IMG/VR virus record: IMGVR_UViG_3300036715_001290
Span: 64,001-128,000 of that record
Source of the DNA: a virus
DNA: 64,000 nt
Strand: one strand, 5' to 3'
Below are positions 20,863-31,651 of the stretch, piece by piece. Below the pieces are notes generated by a model. It did not search any database. It had not been told where the DNA came from and worked only from the letters and a program-made list of their open reading frames with translations. A program made the position numbers and the translations under genes. The number at the start of each line of letters is the position of its first letter. The first letter of the stretch is position 1.

Positions 20863-23412
20863 ATGTATCAAAATATATATTACGATTATAAAACTAATAC
20901 AATGCATTTGTGGGATGATGAACAAGGCTACAAATCATTTAGATATAATCGTAAAGCATACATCCCAACTGATGATATGGATTCAAAATACATATCTATG
21001 TATGGTGATAGGTTAGATGAAATAATATTAAAAAAAGGAACTCAAGGAAATGATGAAATTAAGTTATTTGGTTCTGACTTAAAACCAGAAAATCAAGTAC
21101 TTATTGATTTATATTTGGATTTAGATACAAATGTTTTAGCTAAACATAAAGTAGTTTGTTTTGATATTGAAGTAGATACTACTTATACATTTCCAAAACC
21201 AGAGGATGCAAATAATACAATTATATCAGTAGCAAAATTTGATTATGTTACTAATAAGCATACATGTTATGTATTAGATCCTACAGGAACCTTAAGTGAT
21301 GAAGATGGTTATCAAACATTAAATGATAAACAATATGCAGCATCTATTAGGATTTTTGATAATGAAGTAGATTTAATGGCTGCATTTATTAATGAATTAG
21401 ATGCTACAATATTAACAGGTTGGTTTATTGATGAGTTTGATATTCCATATATAATAAATCGGCTATATAAAATAGCTCCTGAATTAGTTCCTCTTTTATC
21501 GCCTATTAAAAAGGTTGAGTATAAAGAATATCAAAAGAAATATGTAATTGCAGGTATATCGGTACTTGATTATTTAAGTCTTTATAAAAAGTTTACATTC
21601 TCACAAGAACCATCATATAGATTAGATTATATTGCTAAAAAAGAATTAGGTGTTGGTAAAGTTGAATATGAAGGAAGATTATCTGATTTATATAGAACCG
21701 ATATTAAGAAATTCATTAAATATAACATTACAGATAATCAACGTGTAGTTGATATTGATAAAAAAGTAAAGTTTATAGATAATACAATAGCAATTGCTCA
21801 AAAAGGTAAAATTCCATATGAAGATATTCATTCATCATCAAGATATATTGATGGTGCAATCATATCTTATCTTAAAAAGAAAAATATTATAGTAACAAAT
21901 AAACCAGAAAAAGATTTTTCAGCATCAACTGATAAATTTGAAGGTGCTCTTGTAAAGATGCCTATGGTTGGTTTATTTGAATGGATTTATGATTTAGATT
22001 TAACATCTCTTTATCCTTCAATTATTATGACATTAAATATTTCACCTGAAACTAAATTAATGAAAATTGAAAATTGGGATCATGTTAAATATGCAAGTGG
22101 TGAATCTCATATATGGAATGTTTATCATTTTGTTAAACAAAAATCGGCTCTTATACCTAATAATACATTAAAGGAATTGTTTTTATCTAAAGGATATCAT
22201 ATTTCTACAAATGGTATTGTGTATGAAAATAAGAATGTACGAAAAGGTATTATACCTGAAATTTTGGAAGTTTGGTTTACCGAACGTATTAAGTATAAAA
22301 ACCTAATGAAGAAATTTGCAAAAGAAGGCAATGCTGAAATGTATGACTTCTATGATAAATTACAATATGTACAAAAAGTACTACTTAATACCGTGTATGG
22401 TGTTTTAGGTATGCGCGGATTTAGATTTTATGATTTGGATAATGCAGTTGCTGTTACTAAAACAGGTCAACATATTATTATGTGGTCCCAGTTAAAAGGT
22501 AATGAATATAAAAATATAAAATTGAAAACAATAGATAAAGATTATTGCATCTATTCTGATACTGATTCTGCATTTTTTACGGCAGCTGATTTTGTTAAGG
22601 GTTTATCTGAAGAAGAAGCATTACAAAAAGTAATGAAAGTTTCAGATGCAACTCAAAAATATATAAATGATTCTTATAATGAATTTTGTTTAGAGTATAT
22701 GAATACATCTACTCATAGAATAGAAATTAAAAAAGAACTTATATGTCGTAGAGGTTTCTGGGAAGGTACTAAAAAACGTTATGGTCTAAAGGTTATAATC
22801 AGGGAAGGTATACCTGAAGAAAAATATATCTTTAAAGGTATAGAAATTGTTAAGTCATCATTTCCACCTGCATTCAAAACTGCATTGGAATTAGCGGCAA
22901 GATCTATATTAGATGGTGTTGATAAAAAAGATGTTGATAAAATTATATTAGATTTGGAAGATGGTATTGAGGGTTATGAAGCTAAAACATTAGCAAAGGT
23001 AACATCAATTACAGATATAAAAAAATATTGTAAAAACCCAAATGCACGTAATATTTATTATAAATCAATTTTATCAAATATTAATAAAGGTACTCCTGCA
23101 CACGTAAGAGCATCTATCTATTATAATAATTTAATGGATCATTTTGGTATTACTAATATTCCACATATTGGTAATGATGAAAAAGTAAAGTGGGTTTATC
23201 TAAAGGATAATCCATTGAAGTTACAGAATTTAGCATTTCGTGGTTATGATGACCCTCAAGAAATATTAGACTTTATTGAAACATTTTGTGATAAACAAAG
23301 AATGTATGAATCAGAAATGAAAACAAAAGTTGTTTCTATTTATCATGCATTAGGTTGGCGGCTACCAAATAAAAATAGCGAACAATTAGAATCATTTTTC
23401 AAATTCGATTAA
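20863..23412 (+). CDS. Family B DNA polymerase (gp43-like)
   Basis: FDIE exo I, DLTSLYPS, KVLLNTVYG, YSDTDS, KKRY. Confidence 0.95.
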   Translation: MYQNIYYDYKTNTMHLWDDEQGYKSFRYNRKAYIPTDDMDSKYISMYGDRLDEIILKKGTQGNDEIKLFGSDLKPENQVLIDLYLDLDTNVLAKHKVVCFDIEVDTTYTFPKPEDANNTIISVAKFDYVTNKHTCYVLDPTGTLSDEDGYQTLNDKQYAASIRIFDNEVDLMAAFINELDATILTGWFIDEFDIPYIINRLYKIAPELVPLLSPIKKVEYKEYQKKYVIAGISVLDYLSLYKKFTFSQEPSYRLDYIAKKELGVGKVEYEGRLSDLYRTDIKKFIKYNITDNQRVVDIDKKVKFIDNTIAIAQKGKIPYEDIHSSSRYIDGAIISYLKKKNIIVTNKPEKDFSASTDKFEGALVKMPMVGLFEWIYDLDLTSLYPSIIMTLNISPETKLMKIENWDHVKYASGESHIWNVYHFVKQKSALIPNNTLKELFLSKGYHISTNGIVYENKNVRKGIIPEILEVWFTERIKYKNLMKKFAKEGNAEMYDFYDKLQYVQKVLLNTVYGVLGMRGFRFYDLDNAVAVTKTGQHIIMWSQLKGNEYKNIKLKTIDKDYCIYSDTDSAFFTAADFVKGLSEEEALQKVMKVSDATQKYINDSYNEFCLEYMNTSTHRIEIKKELICRRGFWEGTKKRYGLKVIIREGIPEEKYIFKGIEIVKSSFPPAFKTALELAARSILDGVDKKDVDKIILDLEDGIEGYEAKTLAKVTSITDIKKYCKNPNARNIYYKSILSNINKGTPAHVRASIYYNNLMDHFGITNIPHIGNDEKVKWVYLKDNPLKLQNLAFRGYDDPQEILDFIETFCDKQRMYESEMKTKVVSIYHALGWRLPNKNSEQLESFFKFD

Positions 23413-23431
23413 CATAATAAAAAGGTTATAT

Positions 23432-24217
23432 ATGAGTGATACTGCAGTAAAAACAGTAATAAGTAAAAAAGTTATTTCTTCATTTATGGAGAAATATAAT
23501 TTAATTAAAGAAGAAACCGATGCCGCAATTTGGTTGATTGAGAAGAACTCAATATCAACTAAATTTAGAACGGCCGCAGGAGATTTCTTTGGTCAAGTAA
23601 AATTTGATGATGTTGAGGATTTCGTTGATATTGAAGAATCAATTCAACTTCCAGTTTATGAATCATCGGAATTACAAAAATACATCAATGTATTAGGTGA
23701 TCATATTGATACGCAAATTATAACAAATGAAGATAATGTTGCATTCAAATTGAAAATGTCGGATGACAGTGGAAGTGTTGCATATACACTTGCTGACATG
23801 GCTGTTTTCACTAAAAAGACAATGAGTAAAGATGGTCAAATCAAATATGATTTTACATTTAACATTACACCTGAATTTAGAGCAAAGTTTCTAAATGCAT
23901 TAAATGCTATTGGTGAAACAAATCAACAAGGTTTGGCTAATAAATTTGTCATTAGCTCTAATGGTGATACTCGAGTATTAAAGTTTATCACAAATAATAA
24001 TGTTATATCTATTAACATTTTAGAAAATGATGTTGATGTTGATGGAACCGTTAATGCATATTTTAGAGCCGATTATCTTAAAAAGATTTTATCTGTTAAT
24101 AAAAACGCAACCGTTTTATTTTCAATTAAAGCTGGAAAATTTGCTGAAGTTGAATGTACCGATATTTTTGAAAATGTTACTATAACAAACAATTACTTTT
24201 TAACACAGGTAGTATAA
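23432..24217 (+). CDS. Putative sliding clamp (gp45-like)
   Basis: Size, beta-rich composition, position between polymerase and clamp loader. Confidence 0.6.
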   Translation: MSDTAVKTVISKKVISSFMEKYNLIKEETDAAIWLIEKNSISTKFRTAAGDFFGQVKFDDVEDFVDIEESIQLPVYESSELQKYINVLGDHIDTQIITNEDNVAFKLKMSDDSGSVAYTLADMAVFTKKTMSKDGQIKYDFTFNITPEFRAKFLNALNAIGETNQQGLANKFVISSNGDTRVLKFITNNNVISINILENDVDVDGTVNAYFRADYLKKILSVNKNATVLFSIKAGKFAEVECTDIFENVTITNNYFLTQVV

Positions 24218-24220
24218 TAA

Positions 24221-25153
24221 ATGGATGTACTTAACAAAGTATGGTTCGAGAAATATAGACCTAAGACATTAGATGAATTGATATTAAATGATGATATTCG
24301 TGAAAGACTTCAAAGTTTAATTGATAAGGATGAAATACAACATCTATTATTATTTGGTACTGCGGGAATAGGTAAAACTACTCTCGCAAAAATATTAGTT
24401 AATACGTTAAATTGTTCATATCTATATATTAATGCATCTGATGAAAATGGTGTAGATACTATTAGATATAAAATAAAATCATTTGTTTCAACCTATAGTG
24501 AAAATAAATTCAAAATAGTTATATTAGATGAAGCTGATTTTCTTACAATACAATTTCAAGCAATTTTACGTCCAGTAATGGAGGAATTTTCCGATGTTGC
24601 TAGATTTATTTTAACCTGTAATTATGAAGAAAGAATTATAGAACCTATTCGTTCAAGATGTACATCGATACAATTGAGTAGTTATTCTATTGTTGATGCC
24701 GCTAAATATATTATTAAAATACTTGATGCCGAAAATATTAAATATGATTTGAAAGACATTAAACCAATTATTACATCATATTTTCCAGATATGAGAAAGA
24801 TTGTTAATGAAATAGAATCACATTCTATTAATGGTGTATTTAAGTTACCTTCCGAAACGACAATGACATCTACATATGTAGAATCAATATTTGGTATACT
24901 TAAACGTAAAACAACAAATATAAATAAAGATTATGCAGAGATTAGAACTATTGTTGATGAAAATAAAATCAAAATATTTAATCCATTGTATACACAATTA
25001 TTCAAAAATATCAGTACATTATTTAACTCTGATATTGTACCTGATGCTATATTAGCAATTGCAGAATCACAATTTCAAGATACTTTAGTTTTTGATAAAG
25101 AGATTACTTTTATTGCATGTATAATAAAACTATTAACTATTAAAAAAGGATAA
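24221..25153 (+). CDS. Clamp loader large subunit (gp44/RFC-like)
   Basis: WFEKYRP, GTAGIGKT, NASD, DEAD, SRC. Confidence 0.92.
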   Translation: MDVLNKVWFEKYRPKTLDELILNDDIRERLQSLIDKDEIQHLLLFGTAGIGKTTLAKILVNTLNCSYLYINASDENGVDTIRYKIKSFVSTYSENKFKIVILDEADFLTIQFQAILRPVMEEFSDVARFILTCNYEERIIEPIRSRCTSIQLSSYSIVDAAKYIIKILDAENIKYDLKDIKPIITSYFPDMRKIVNEIESHSINGVFKLPSETTMTSTYVESIFGILKRKTTNINKDYAEIRTIVDENKIKIFNPLYTQLFKNISTLFNSDIVPDAILAIAESQFQDTLVFDKEITFIACIIKLLTIKKG

Positions 25154-25156
25154 GTC

Positions 25157-25432
25157 ATGGGCCAACCAACTAAAATAAACCAACCTAAAATAGATCTTAA
25201 TTCATTAGAAACAATGGAATGTGAAGCATGTGGAGGAAGACTTTGGTCTGAATTATCATATATGAAAATTGTACCTGCCTTATTATCTAATACTGGTAAA
25301 CCTGGGTTAGTTCCAATCCCAGTTGTTGCATGTGCAAATTGTCTTCATGTTAATGAAACATTTAATCCAATTAAAGTAATTACCGTTGAACATGAAATGC
25401 CTGCACCACAATCAAGCCTATTAGTAAAATAA
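25157..25432 (+). CDS. Small zinc-ribbon protein
   Basis: CEAC...CANC. Confidence 0.6.
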   Translation: MGQPTKINQPKIDLNSLETMECEACGGRLWSELSYMKIVPALLSNTGKPGLVPIPVVACANCLHVNETFNPIKVITVEHEMPAPQSSLLVK

Positions 25433-25433
25433 T

Positions 25434-25865
25434 ATGACAAATAAATCGGTTGATTTGTTTTGGTTCTTATCACAAATTCTTAAGGATAAGAACCAAAATA
25501 TTTTTGATGAATTATCGGATGTTGATAAAAATAAATGGTCTACATTTATGATAGATAAATATCTATCAATGGACCCAATGTATACTATATTAATTTCGGA
25601 TTTTTCAAGATACTCATTGTCATTACCACGTGAAATTGTATATAAGTTTTATTCAAATTTAATACCAAAAAGAACAAATACCTTTATTAGATATATAAAA
25701 GGCTCAAAGAAAACACAAACACATTCTCCTGAATTTATTGAGAAATTACAAGCTATGTATGAGTGTTCAAAAAAAGATGCTTTACAATATGCAAATCTTT
25801 TTAGTAAAGATGAAGAAGCCGCATATATGTTAAAATTTGGTATTATTAAAAAGAAAGAAAAATAA
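25434..25865 (+). CDS. Putative clamp loader small subunit (gp62-like)
   Basis: WSTFMIDKYLSM...IPKR...YIK pattern; position. Confidence 0.65.
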   Translation: MTNKSVDLFWFLSQILKDKNQNIFDELSDVDKNKWSTFMIDKYLSMDPMYTILISDFSRYSLSLPREIVYKFYSNLIPKRTNTFIRYIKGSKKTQTHSPEFIEKLQAMYECSKKDALQYANLFSKDEEAAYMLKFGIIKKKEK

Positions 25866-26092
25866 TGTTTGGTTCTTTTGCTAAAACCTTTGATGCATAT
25901 GTTGAATATTGTAAAGCCAATAATATACCATTACCTAAGGTTAAATTAGTTAAACAAGATGATGTAACACCACAAAAGTTATCACCACCTGTTTGTTTAG
26001 TATATTATTTAGATTTTAAGTATAAAGGTAAATCAATGACAATAAATAATGAACAAAAATTTGATGATGAAAATAGTATAAAACAAATGTAA
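25865..26092 (+). CDS. Hypothetical protein
   Basis: 75-aa ORF, TAATG overlap. Confidence 0.5.
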   Translation: MFGSFAKTFDAYVEYCKANNIPLPKVKLVKQDDVTPQKLSPPVCLVYYLDFKYKGKSMTINNEQKFDDENSIKQM

Positions 26093-26128
26093 GCACTATT
26101 TATACATAACAACATAAAGGAATTATAA

Positions 26129-27289
26129 ATGAAAACACAATTATGTATCGGCCCTATGAGTGACGAACTAATATTAGTTGCTGATAAACTTAGCAAAAAA
26201 TATGAAATTGATATTCCACTTATAGCAAGTAGAAATCAAGTTGATTATGATAATGGGTATGTATGTACTACATTAGAATTAAATGATAAATTAAACAAAT
26301 TAGATAATTCACATTTAAAGATGTGTAGAGATCATGCAGGTCCATTCTTAAAACAATCTGATAAAGGATTGAATATAATGGATGCAATGTCAGAAGTAAT
26401 GAAAACTATATTCAATGATATCATTAATGGTTTTACAACTATTCATATAGATCCTTCAGTAGGAACAAATATGTATGGAGAAGCAACATATGACCAATAT
26501 AATTTATTTAATGATGATAGTATTAATTATGGTTTAGAACCTAAACAAGCTGTTAATGTTATAATATCCAGAAGTAGATATCTTTTTGAATATGCTCAGA
26601 GTATTGCAAAATCATATAAAGTCGTATTAAATTATGAATTTGGTACTGAAGAACAAAATGGTAATTTACAAGATATTGAATTAATGAATTATTTTTTAAG
26701 TAAAATTAAAAATATATTTCGTGAAAATTTATCAGATTGGCCTGTTAATGATATTCATATAGTTTGTCAAACCGGAACATTAGTAAGTGGTGTTAGTAAT
26801 ATTGGTAAATATCCAACATTTACACAACATGAAAAGAGCGAATTACAGGATGTAATAAATTTAATTCATGCATACGGTTTTAAAGTAAAGGAACATAACT
26901 TAGATTATTTACCTGAGTATCTTTTACATGAACGTCATGAATTATGTATTGATGCAAGTAATGTTGCTCCAGAATTTGGTGTAACACAAACAAGAACATT
27001 ATTAAATTTATTTGGTAAGAATACTCAATTTATGGATTGTGTAACGGAATTAGTAAATAAAACAAACATGTGGAAAAAATGGTTACCTGCTGATGCAAAT
27101 GATATACAAAAGATTGAGGCTGCTTTACATTATGATTTTACAAATCCACAATTAAAATCATTATTAACAAAATTAAGTAAATCAACACCAAATTATTCTG
27201 AATATATTCAACATGATTTAGAAGTTGTTATGAACAAATATTTACATGCATTTAATCTAATTGAAAGCGATTTATGGAAAATAAAGTAA
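26129..27289 (+). CDS. GatZ/KbaZ-like (tagatose-6-phosphate epimerase family) protein
   Basis: IASRNQVD, RDHAGP, IHID, YEFGTEE, KEHNLDY, NVAPEFG. Confidence 0.75.
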   Translation: MKTQLCIGPMSDELILVADKLSKKYEIDIPLIASRNQVDYDNGYVCTTLELNDKLNKLDNSHLKMCRDHAGPFLKQSDKGLNIMDAMSEVMKTIFNDIINGFTTIHIDPSVGTNMYGEATYDQYNLFNDDSINYGLEPKQAVNVIISRSRYLFEYAQSIAKSYKVVLNYEFGTEEQNGNLQDIELMNYFLSKIKNIFRENLSDWPVNDIHIVCQTGTLVSGVSNIGKYPTFTQHEKSELQDVINLIHAYGFKVKEHNLDYLPEYLLHERHELCIDASNVAPEFGVTQTRTLLNLFGKNTQFMDCVTELVNKTNMWKKWLPADANDIQKIEAALHYDFTNPQLKSLLTKLSKSTPNYSEYIQHDLEVVMNKYLHAFNLIESDLWKIK

Positions 27290-27726
27290 TTGATAAACCT
27301 TGGGGTAGTGAAGAACTCTTATCATTAAATGATAAGTATTGTATGAAATTATTAAAGATGAATCCTGATGAAAGATGTTCATTACAATATCATCAACATA
27401 AACATGAAACTGTATATTGTATTAGTGGTATATTAATTGTATCACATGTACCTAACTTTGATGCAAATGATCTTAACAATACCATTACTATGTGGAATGA
27501 TGTTTTAAGTGGTAAGTTAAATAAAATTGTTGAATTATACCCAGGTGATTATATTGTTATTCCAGTTGGTATGATTCATCAAATGATAGTACCTGCTGAC
27601 CAACAACAAGCAACACAATATCTTGAAGCATCTACACCTGAGCTTGATGATGTAATTCGTTTGAAAGATGCTTATGGTAGAATTACTGATGATTTATTTA
27701 TTCCTTATTCAAATGAAAGAATTTAA
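27274..27726 (+). CDS. Cupin (mannose-6-phosphate isomerase C-terminal-like)
   Basis: KPWG, SLQYHQHKHET, IH, EASTP, RLKDAYGR. Confidence 0.8.
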   Translation: MENKVIDKPWGSEELLSLNDKYCMKLLKMNPDERCSLQYHQHKHETVYCISGILIVSHVPNFDANDLNNTITMWNDVLSGKLNKIVELYPGDYIVIPVGMIHQMIVPADQQQATQYLEASTPELDDVIRLKDAYGRITDDLFIPYSNERI

Positions 27727-27727
27727 T

Positions 27728-29470
27728 ATGAAATTTGAACACAAAGAACCTGTACGTTTGAATGTATTAATACCTTGTGCAGGTATAGGTAGTAGATTAT
27801 TAGATGAATCAAAAGCTATTAATAAAACATTAGTAACCGTTGGTTGTAAACCTGTATTATCACATATCATAGATACGTTAGAGTATACTCATACAAAAAT
27901 TACATATATTTTTGTGTTAGGATATAAAGGTGATTTAGTAAAACAATTTGTAGAAACTGTTTATCCAAATATTAATGCAAAGTTTGTATGGGTAAATAAA
28001 TATGAAGGAGAAGGTTCTGGATTAGGTGCATCAATTTTGGCAGCTAAATCAATATTACAAATACCATTAAATAATAGTAAAGGTGATGCAATATCACAAC
28101 CATTTTTATTTATTCCTAATGATGGTATATTTGATGAAAATGTTTTATCTTCAATAGTATCAAATGATCATTCATTTAGTTCACATGCGGTACTTGCATC
28201 ATATAATGTAATATTTACAGCGGCTGAACCTATCAATAATAAAAATAACCAATATAGAACAATTACCGATAAGCGTGGTTATGTTACAAATGTTGGACCA
28301 AAATCTGATACATTAGGAAAACCATATACCGGTATTTGTTATATTAAGGATGCATCTGTGTTTTGGTCATATATGGACAAATCAAAACAATGTATTGAAA
28401 CTGGTGAAGTTTATGCTATTAAAAAAATGATTAATGATTCAAACATAAAATTCTGTAAAAAGGAAATTGAATGGTATGACACTGGTAATCCTGAATCTTT
28501 ATTAAATGCAAGAGAGAAATTTGCAATTAAAGATGCAAATATATTACCTAAAGATGGTGAAGCAATTTGGTTTCCAGATCCTACACCGCTTGGTAAAGAA
28601 GAAGTTGTAAAATTTCATTTAGATACTGATTTTATTTCAAATAGAGTTAAGAGATCTAAATTGTTTGAAGATACTAATATGATACCAAAAATTAAAAGAT
28701 CTTCTGCTAATTTTTATGTATATGATAAAATAAAAGGTAAAGTATTTTCAGAAAAATTAAACTTATCAAATTTCAAAAAGTTAATATATAATTTAGATTC
28801 TTTTTGGAAAAATCCTTATGGGTTTACAATAAAATCTAAATGTAATGAAGCATTAAAAGATTTTTATAAAAATAAAACATATGATAGAGTTGACCAATTT
28901 TTCAATAGACATGAAATATTTGATGGTATTGATATTATTAATGGTGAAACTGTAGGTCCTATAAAAGAATTATTGGACAATGTTGATTGGAAATCATTTT
29001 ATGATAATAAAGTAATTGGAAATTTCCACGGAGATTTACATTTTGAAAATATTATTATGACTGAAGATAATGGATTTTATCTAATTGATATGAGACAAAA
29101 ATTCTCAGATATAACTGCTAATATCGATGTTACATCGGCAATGCTAGGTGATATCACATATGACTTAGCTAAGTTAAAACATGGTATGATTATAGGTCAT
29201 CATATGGTTGTTACTAATGGATTTGAAATAACAATTAATAAAAATACAGTCGACTTTTTTTACAAAAGAGACAGTCGATTAGTTGAAATTGAAAATGCAT
29301 TTGATAATTATATATTAAACAACTACGGTAAACAAATGTTAATTAATGTAAATATATTAACTGCATTAATATATCTTAACATTGCAACATTACACCACAA
29401 TCCTTATAGTTTATTCTTATTTTATTTAGGCAAATATATGCTGCATCAGTTGATGAATAATGCTTCTTGA
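27728..29470 (+). CDS. Sugar nucleotidyltransferase fused to APH/choline-kinase-like phosphotransferase
   Basis: N-term IPCAGIGSRL...NKTL, WYDTG; C-term HGDLHFENI, LIDMR, GDITYDLAKL. Confidence 0.8.
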   Translation: MKFEHKEPVRLNVLIPCAGIGSRLLDESKAINKTLVTVGCKPVLSHIIDTLEYTHTKITYIFVLGYKGDLVKQFVETVYPNINAKFVWVNKYEGEGSGLGASILAAKSILQIPLNNSKGDAISQPFLFIPNDGIFDENVLSSIVSNDHSFSSHAVLASYNVIFTAAEPINNKNNQYRTITDKRGYVTNVGPKSDTLGKPYTGICYIKDASVFWSYMDKSKQCIETGEVYAIKKMINDSNIKFCKKEIEWYDTGNPESLLNAREKFAIKDANILPKDGEAIWFPDPTPLGKEEVVKFHLDTDFISNRVKRSKLFEDTNMIPKIKRSSANFYVYDKIKGKVFSEKLNLSNFKKLIYNLDSFWKNPYGFTIKSKCNEALKDFYKNKTYDRVDQFFNRHEIFDGIDIINGETVGPIKELLDNVDWKSFYDNKVIGNFHGDLHFENIIMTEDNGFYLIDMRQKFSDITANIDVTSAMLGDITYDLAKLKHGMIIGHHMVVTNGFEITINKNTVDFFYKRDSRLVEIENAFDNYILNNYGKQMLINVNILTALIYLNIATLHHNPYSLFLFYLGKYMLHQLMNNAS

Positions 29471-30326
29471 TTATTGGAATTTAGGTCAAGGTTTAACCAA
29501 ACCAATAAAATTAGAAGATTTTAAGATGACGTCTTCTATAAGAAAAAGATATGCAACTACATTTATAAATAAAGATTATTTTGAATTAATAACAAAAGAA
29601 AGTATTGAAAAAATGACAGAACAAAAAAACAATGATAATATGAATGCAACTTCGGTTAATGCTAGCAATGTTGTATATGTTGATAATAAAAATTATGATA
29701 TGAAAGATAATATAAAAATAGATATAAAGGAAGTTGATTATAGATCGCGAGCTACATTTGATTTTTTCAAATGTCGTAAAGTTAAATCTCCATCAATAGG
29801 TACCCGTGGTTCAGCAGGTATTGATTTTTATGTACCTGAATTTACAGAAGATTTCAAACAATATGTAAAAGAACATAATACCGATAGGAATTATATTTTT
29901 CATGAAAAAGGTGATGGTGGTAATATTGTATTTTTTGAAGAAGGTGTTAATATGGATTTTAATGCAGAAGATGCAATATGTCTAAAACCACATTCTTCAA
30001 TTGTTATACCAACAGGTATTCATGTATTATTTCCAGAATCATTAGTTTTGGTTGCATTTAATAAAAGTGGTATTTCAACTAAAAAGAAATTAGTTACTGG
30101 TGCTTGTGTTTGTGATTCTGATTATCGCGGTGAAATTCATTTCAATATGATTAATACATCTAATACTTATCAGTTAATTAGACCTAATGAAAAATTGTTA
30201 CAATTTGTTTTATTGCAATATTTTGTTCCGGATTTTGCGGAAGCCAATTCATATGATGAATTATATTGTAATTTGAAACAAACTAGATTTGGTGGATTTG
30301 GTTCAACCAATGAGGAATCAAAATAA
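29460..30326 (+). CDS. dut: Trimeric dUTPase with N-terminal extension
   Basis: GSAGID, KSG, DSDYRGEI, RFGGFGST. Confidence 0.85.
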   Translation: MLLDYWNLGQGLTKPIKLEDFKMTSSIRKRYATTFINKDYFELITKESIEKMTEQKNNDNMNATSVNASNVVYVDNKNYDMKDNIKIDIKEVDYRSRATFDFFKCRKVKSPSIGTRGSAGIDFYVPEFTEDFKQYVKEHNTDRNYIFHEKGDGGNIVFFEEGVNMDFNAEDAICLKPHSSIVIPTGIHVLFPESLVLVAFNKSGISTKKKLVTGACVCDSDYRGEIHFNMINTSNTYQLIRPNEKLLQFVLLQYFVPDFAEANSYDELYCNLKQTRFGGFGSTNEESK

Positions 30327-30427
30327 AGCACTGACACTGCTATCAATATCATAAAAGATATGATATTATCAAAAACGGTAATTTTTAGTAAAAATAAAAT
30401 TGAAAAAATAGAAAGATATTGTGAATT

Positions 30428-31027
30428 ATGATAATCATTGTAGAAGGTCAAGACAGAGTGGGTAAGACGACCCAAATAGAATTACTACGAAATAGTTATG
30501 TACATTCATCACCTGTTGTAAAATATTCAAAAATAAAACCAAAATATAAACATAATCCTGAACATATATTTGAAAAATCAAAATTATTATATGAAGAAAT
30601 GTTTAATATGATATTTGATTCTGCTGCTGATGAAAGAGATCTTATATTAGATAGAGCTCATCTTGGTGAGTATGTATATTCAAAAAGATATCGTTCATAT
30701 TCAGGTAAATATGTTTTTGATTTAGAAAAACAATTTGTTAATGATGTTGATTTATGGGTAGATAATATATATCTTATAATATTAATTAATTCGGATCTTG
30801 AAGAATTGTATAAAAGAGATGATTGTCTTTCTCATAGTAATGCAATTGAGGCTATGGCAACTGATAAGATTAGATTTATGAAAGCATATAAAAAATCAAC
30901 AATTCCAAATAAATGTATTATTGATTGTAACGGATTAACATCTGATGTTGTACATAAAAAAATATTAGAGTTCTTAAAGCTTAAACCTATAGTTGAAGAA
31001 AAAATGTCAGATTATGAATACGAATAA
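30428..31027 (+). CDS. dNMP kinase (thymidylate kinase family)
   Basis: IIVEGQDRVGKTT, ILDR. Confidence 0.8.
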   Translation: MIIIVEGQDRVGKTTQIELLRNSYVHSSPVVKYSKIKPKYKHNPEHIFEKSKLLYEEMFNMIFDSAADERDLILDRAHLGEYVYSKRYRSYSGKYVFDLEKQFVNDVDLWVDNIYLIILINSDLEELYKRDDCLSHSNAIEAMATDKIRFMKAYKKSTIPNKCIIDCNGLTSDVVHKKILEFLKLKPIVEEKMSDYEYE

Positions 31028-31568
31028 TATAAAAACATTAGTATTAGATGTTGATGGTGTATTTACTGATGGTACATTTACATATTCAGCTGAAGGTAAA
31101 ATACAAAAAGTATTTGGACCTGATGATACCGATGCAATGAAAATAGCATCTAAGTTTTTTACTATACATATATTTTCTGCGGATCATCGTGGGTTTGATA
31201 TTACTAAGAAACGTTTTGATGATGTTGGATTTGGTAATTGTTTATTCAATGTACAAGGTGGAGCTAATAGAGCTAGATATTTAATAAAACATTATGGTGA
31301 TTTATCATCCGTTGCTTATGTAGGTGATTCATTCTCAGATTTACCTGCATTATCAGTTGTTGGATATCCATTTATGATGGACTGTCTAAAAAATGATATT
31401 AAGAGTTCCCTACATGATATAAAAGAAAATATGTCTTGGTTTTATAATGCTCCCTCATTATTTCCAAAAACATTAATTGGTGGACAAAGAGCAGTCTCAA
31501 AGATTATCAATGAAATATTGGTACATCAGTATGATACGTCACTATACGACGAAATAATGAATAATTAG
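31014..31568 (+). CDS. KdsC-like HAD sugar-phosphate phosphatase
   Basis: LDVDGVFTDG, YVGDSFSD, GG..AV. Confidence 0.8.
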   Translation: MNTNNIKTLVLDVDGVFTDGTFTYSAEGKIQKVFGPDDTDAMKIASKFFTIHIFSADHRGFDITKKRFDDVGFGNCLFNVQGGANRARYLIKHYGDLSSVAYVGDSFSDLPALSVVGYPFMMDCLKNDIKSSLHDIKENMSWFYNAPSLFPKTLIGGQRAVSKIINEILVHQYDTSLYDEIMNN

Positions 31569-31651
31569 AAGCCCGTGGAAGCGTTCTAATGACATCGAAT
31601 TAACGGACCGAACAAATATACGGTCCATTTATTACACAAAATATAACAAAA

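Noticed and set aside
13877-23412. Inteins or self-splicing introns in RNR, helicase or PolB
   Set aside because: ORFs are uninterrupted, of normal length, and lack intein terminal motifs
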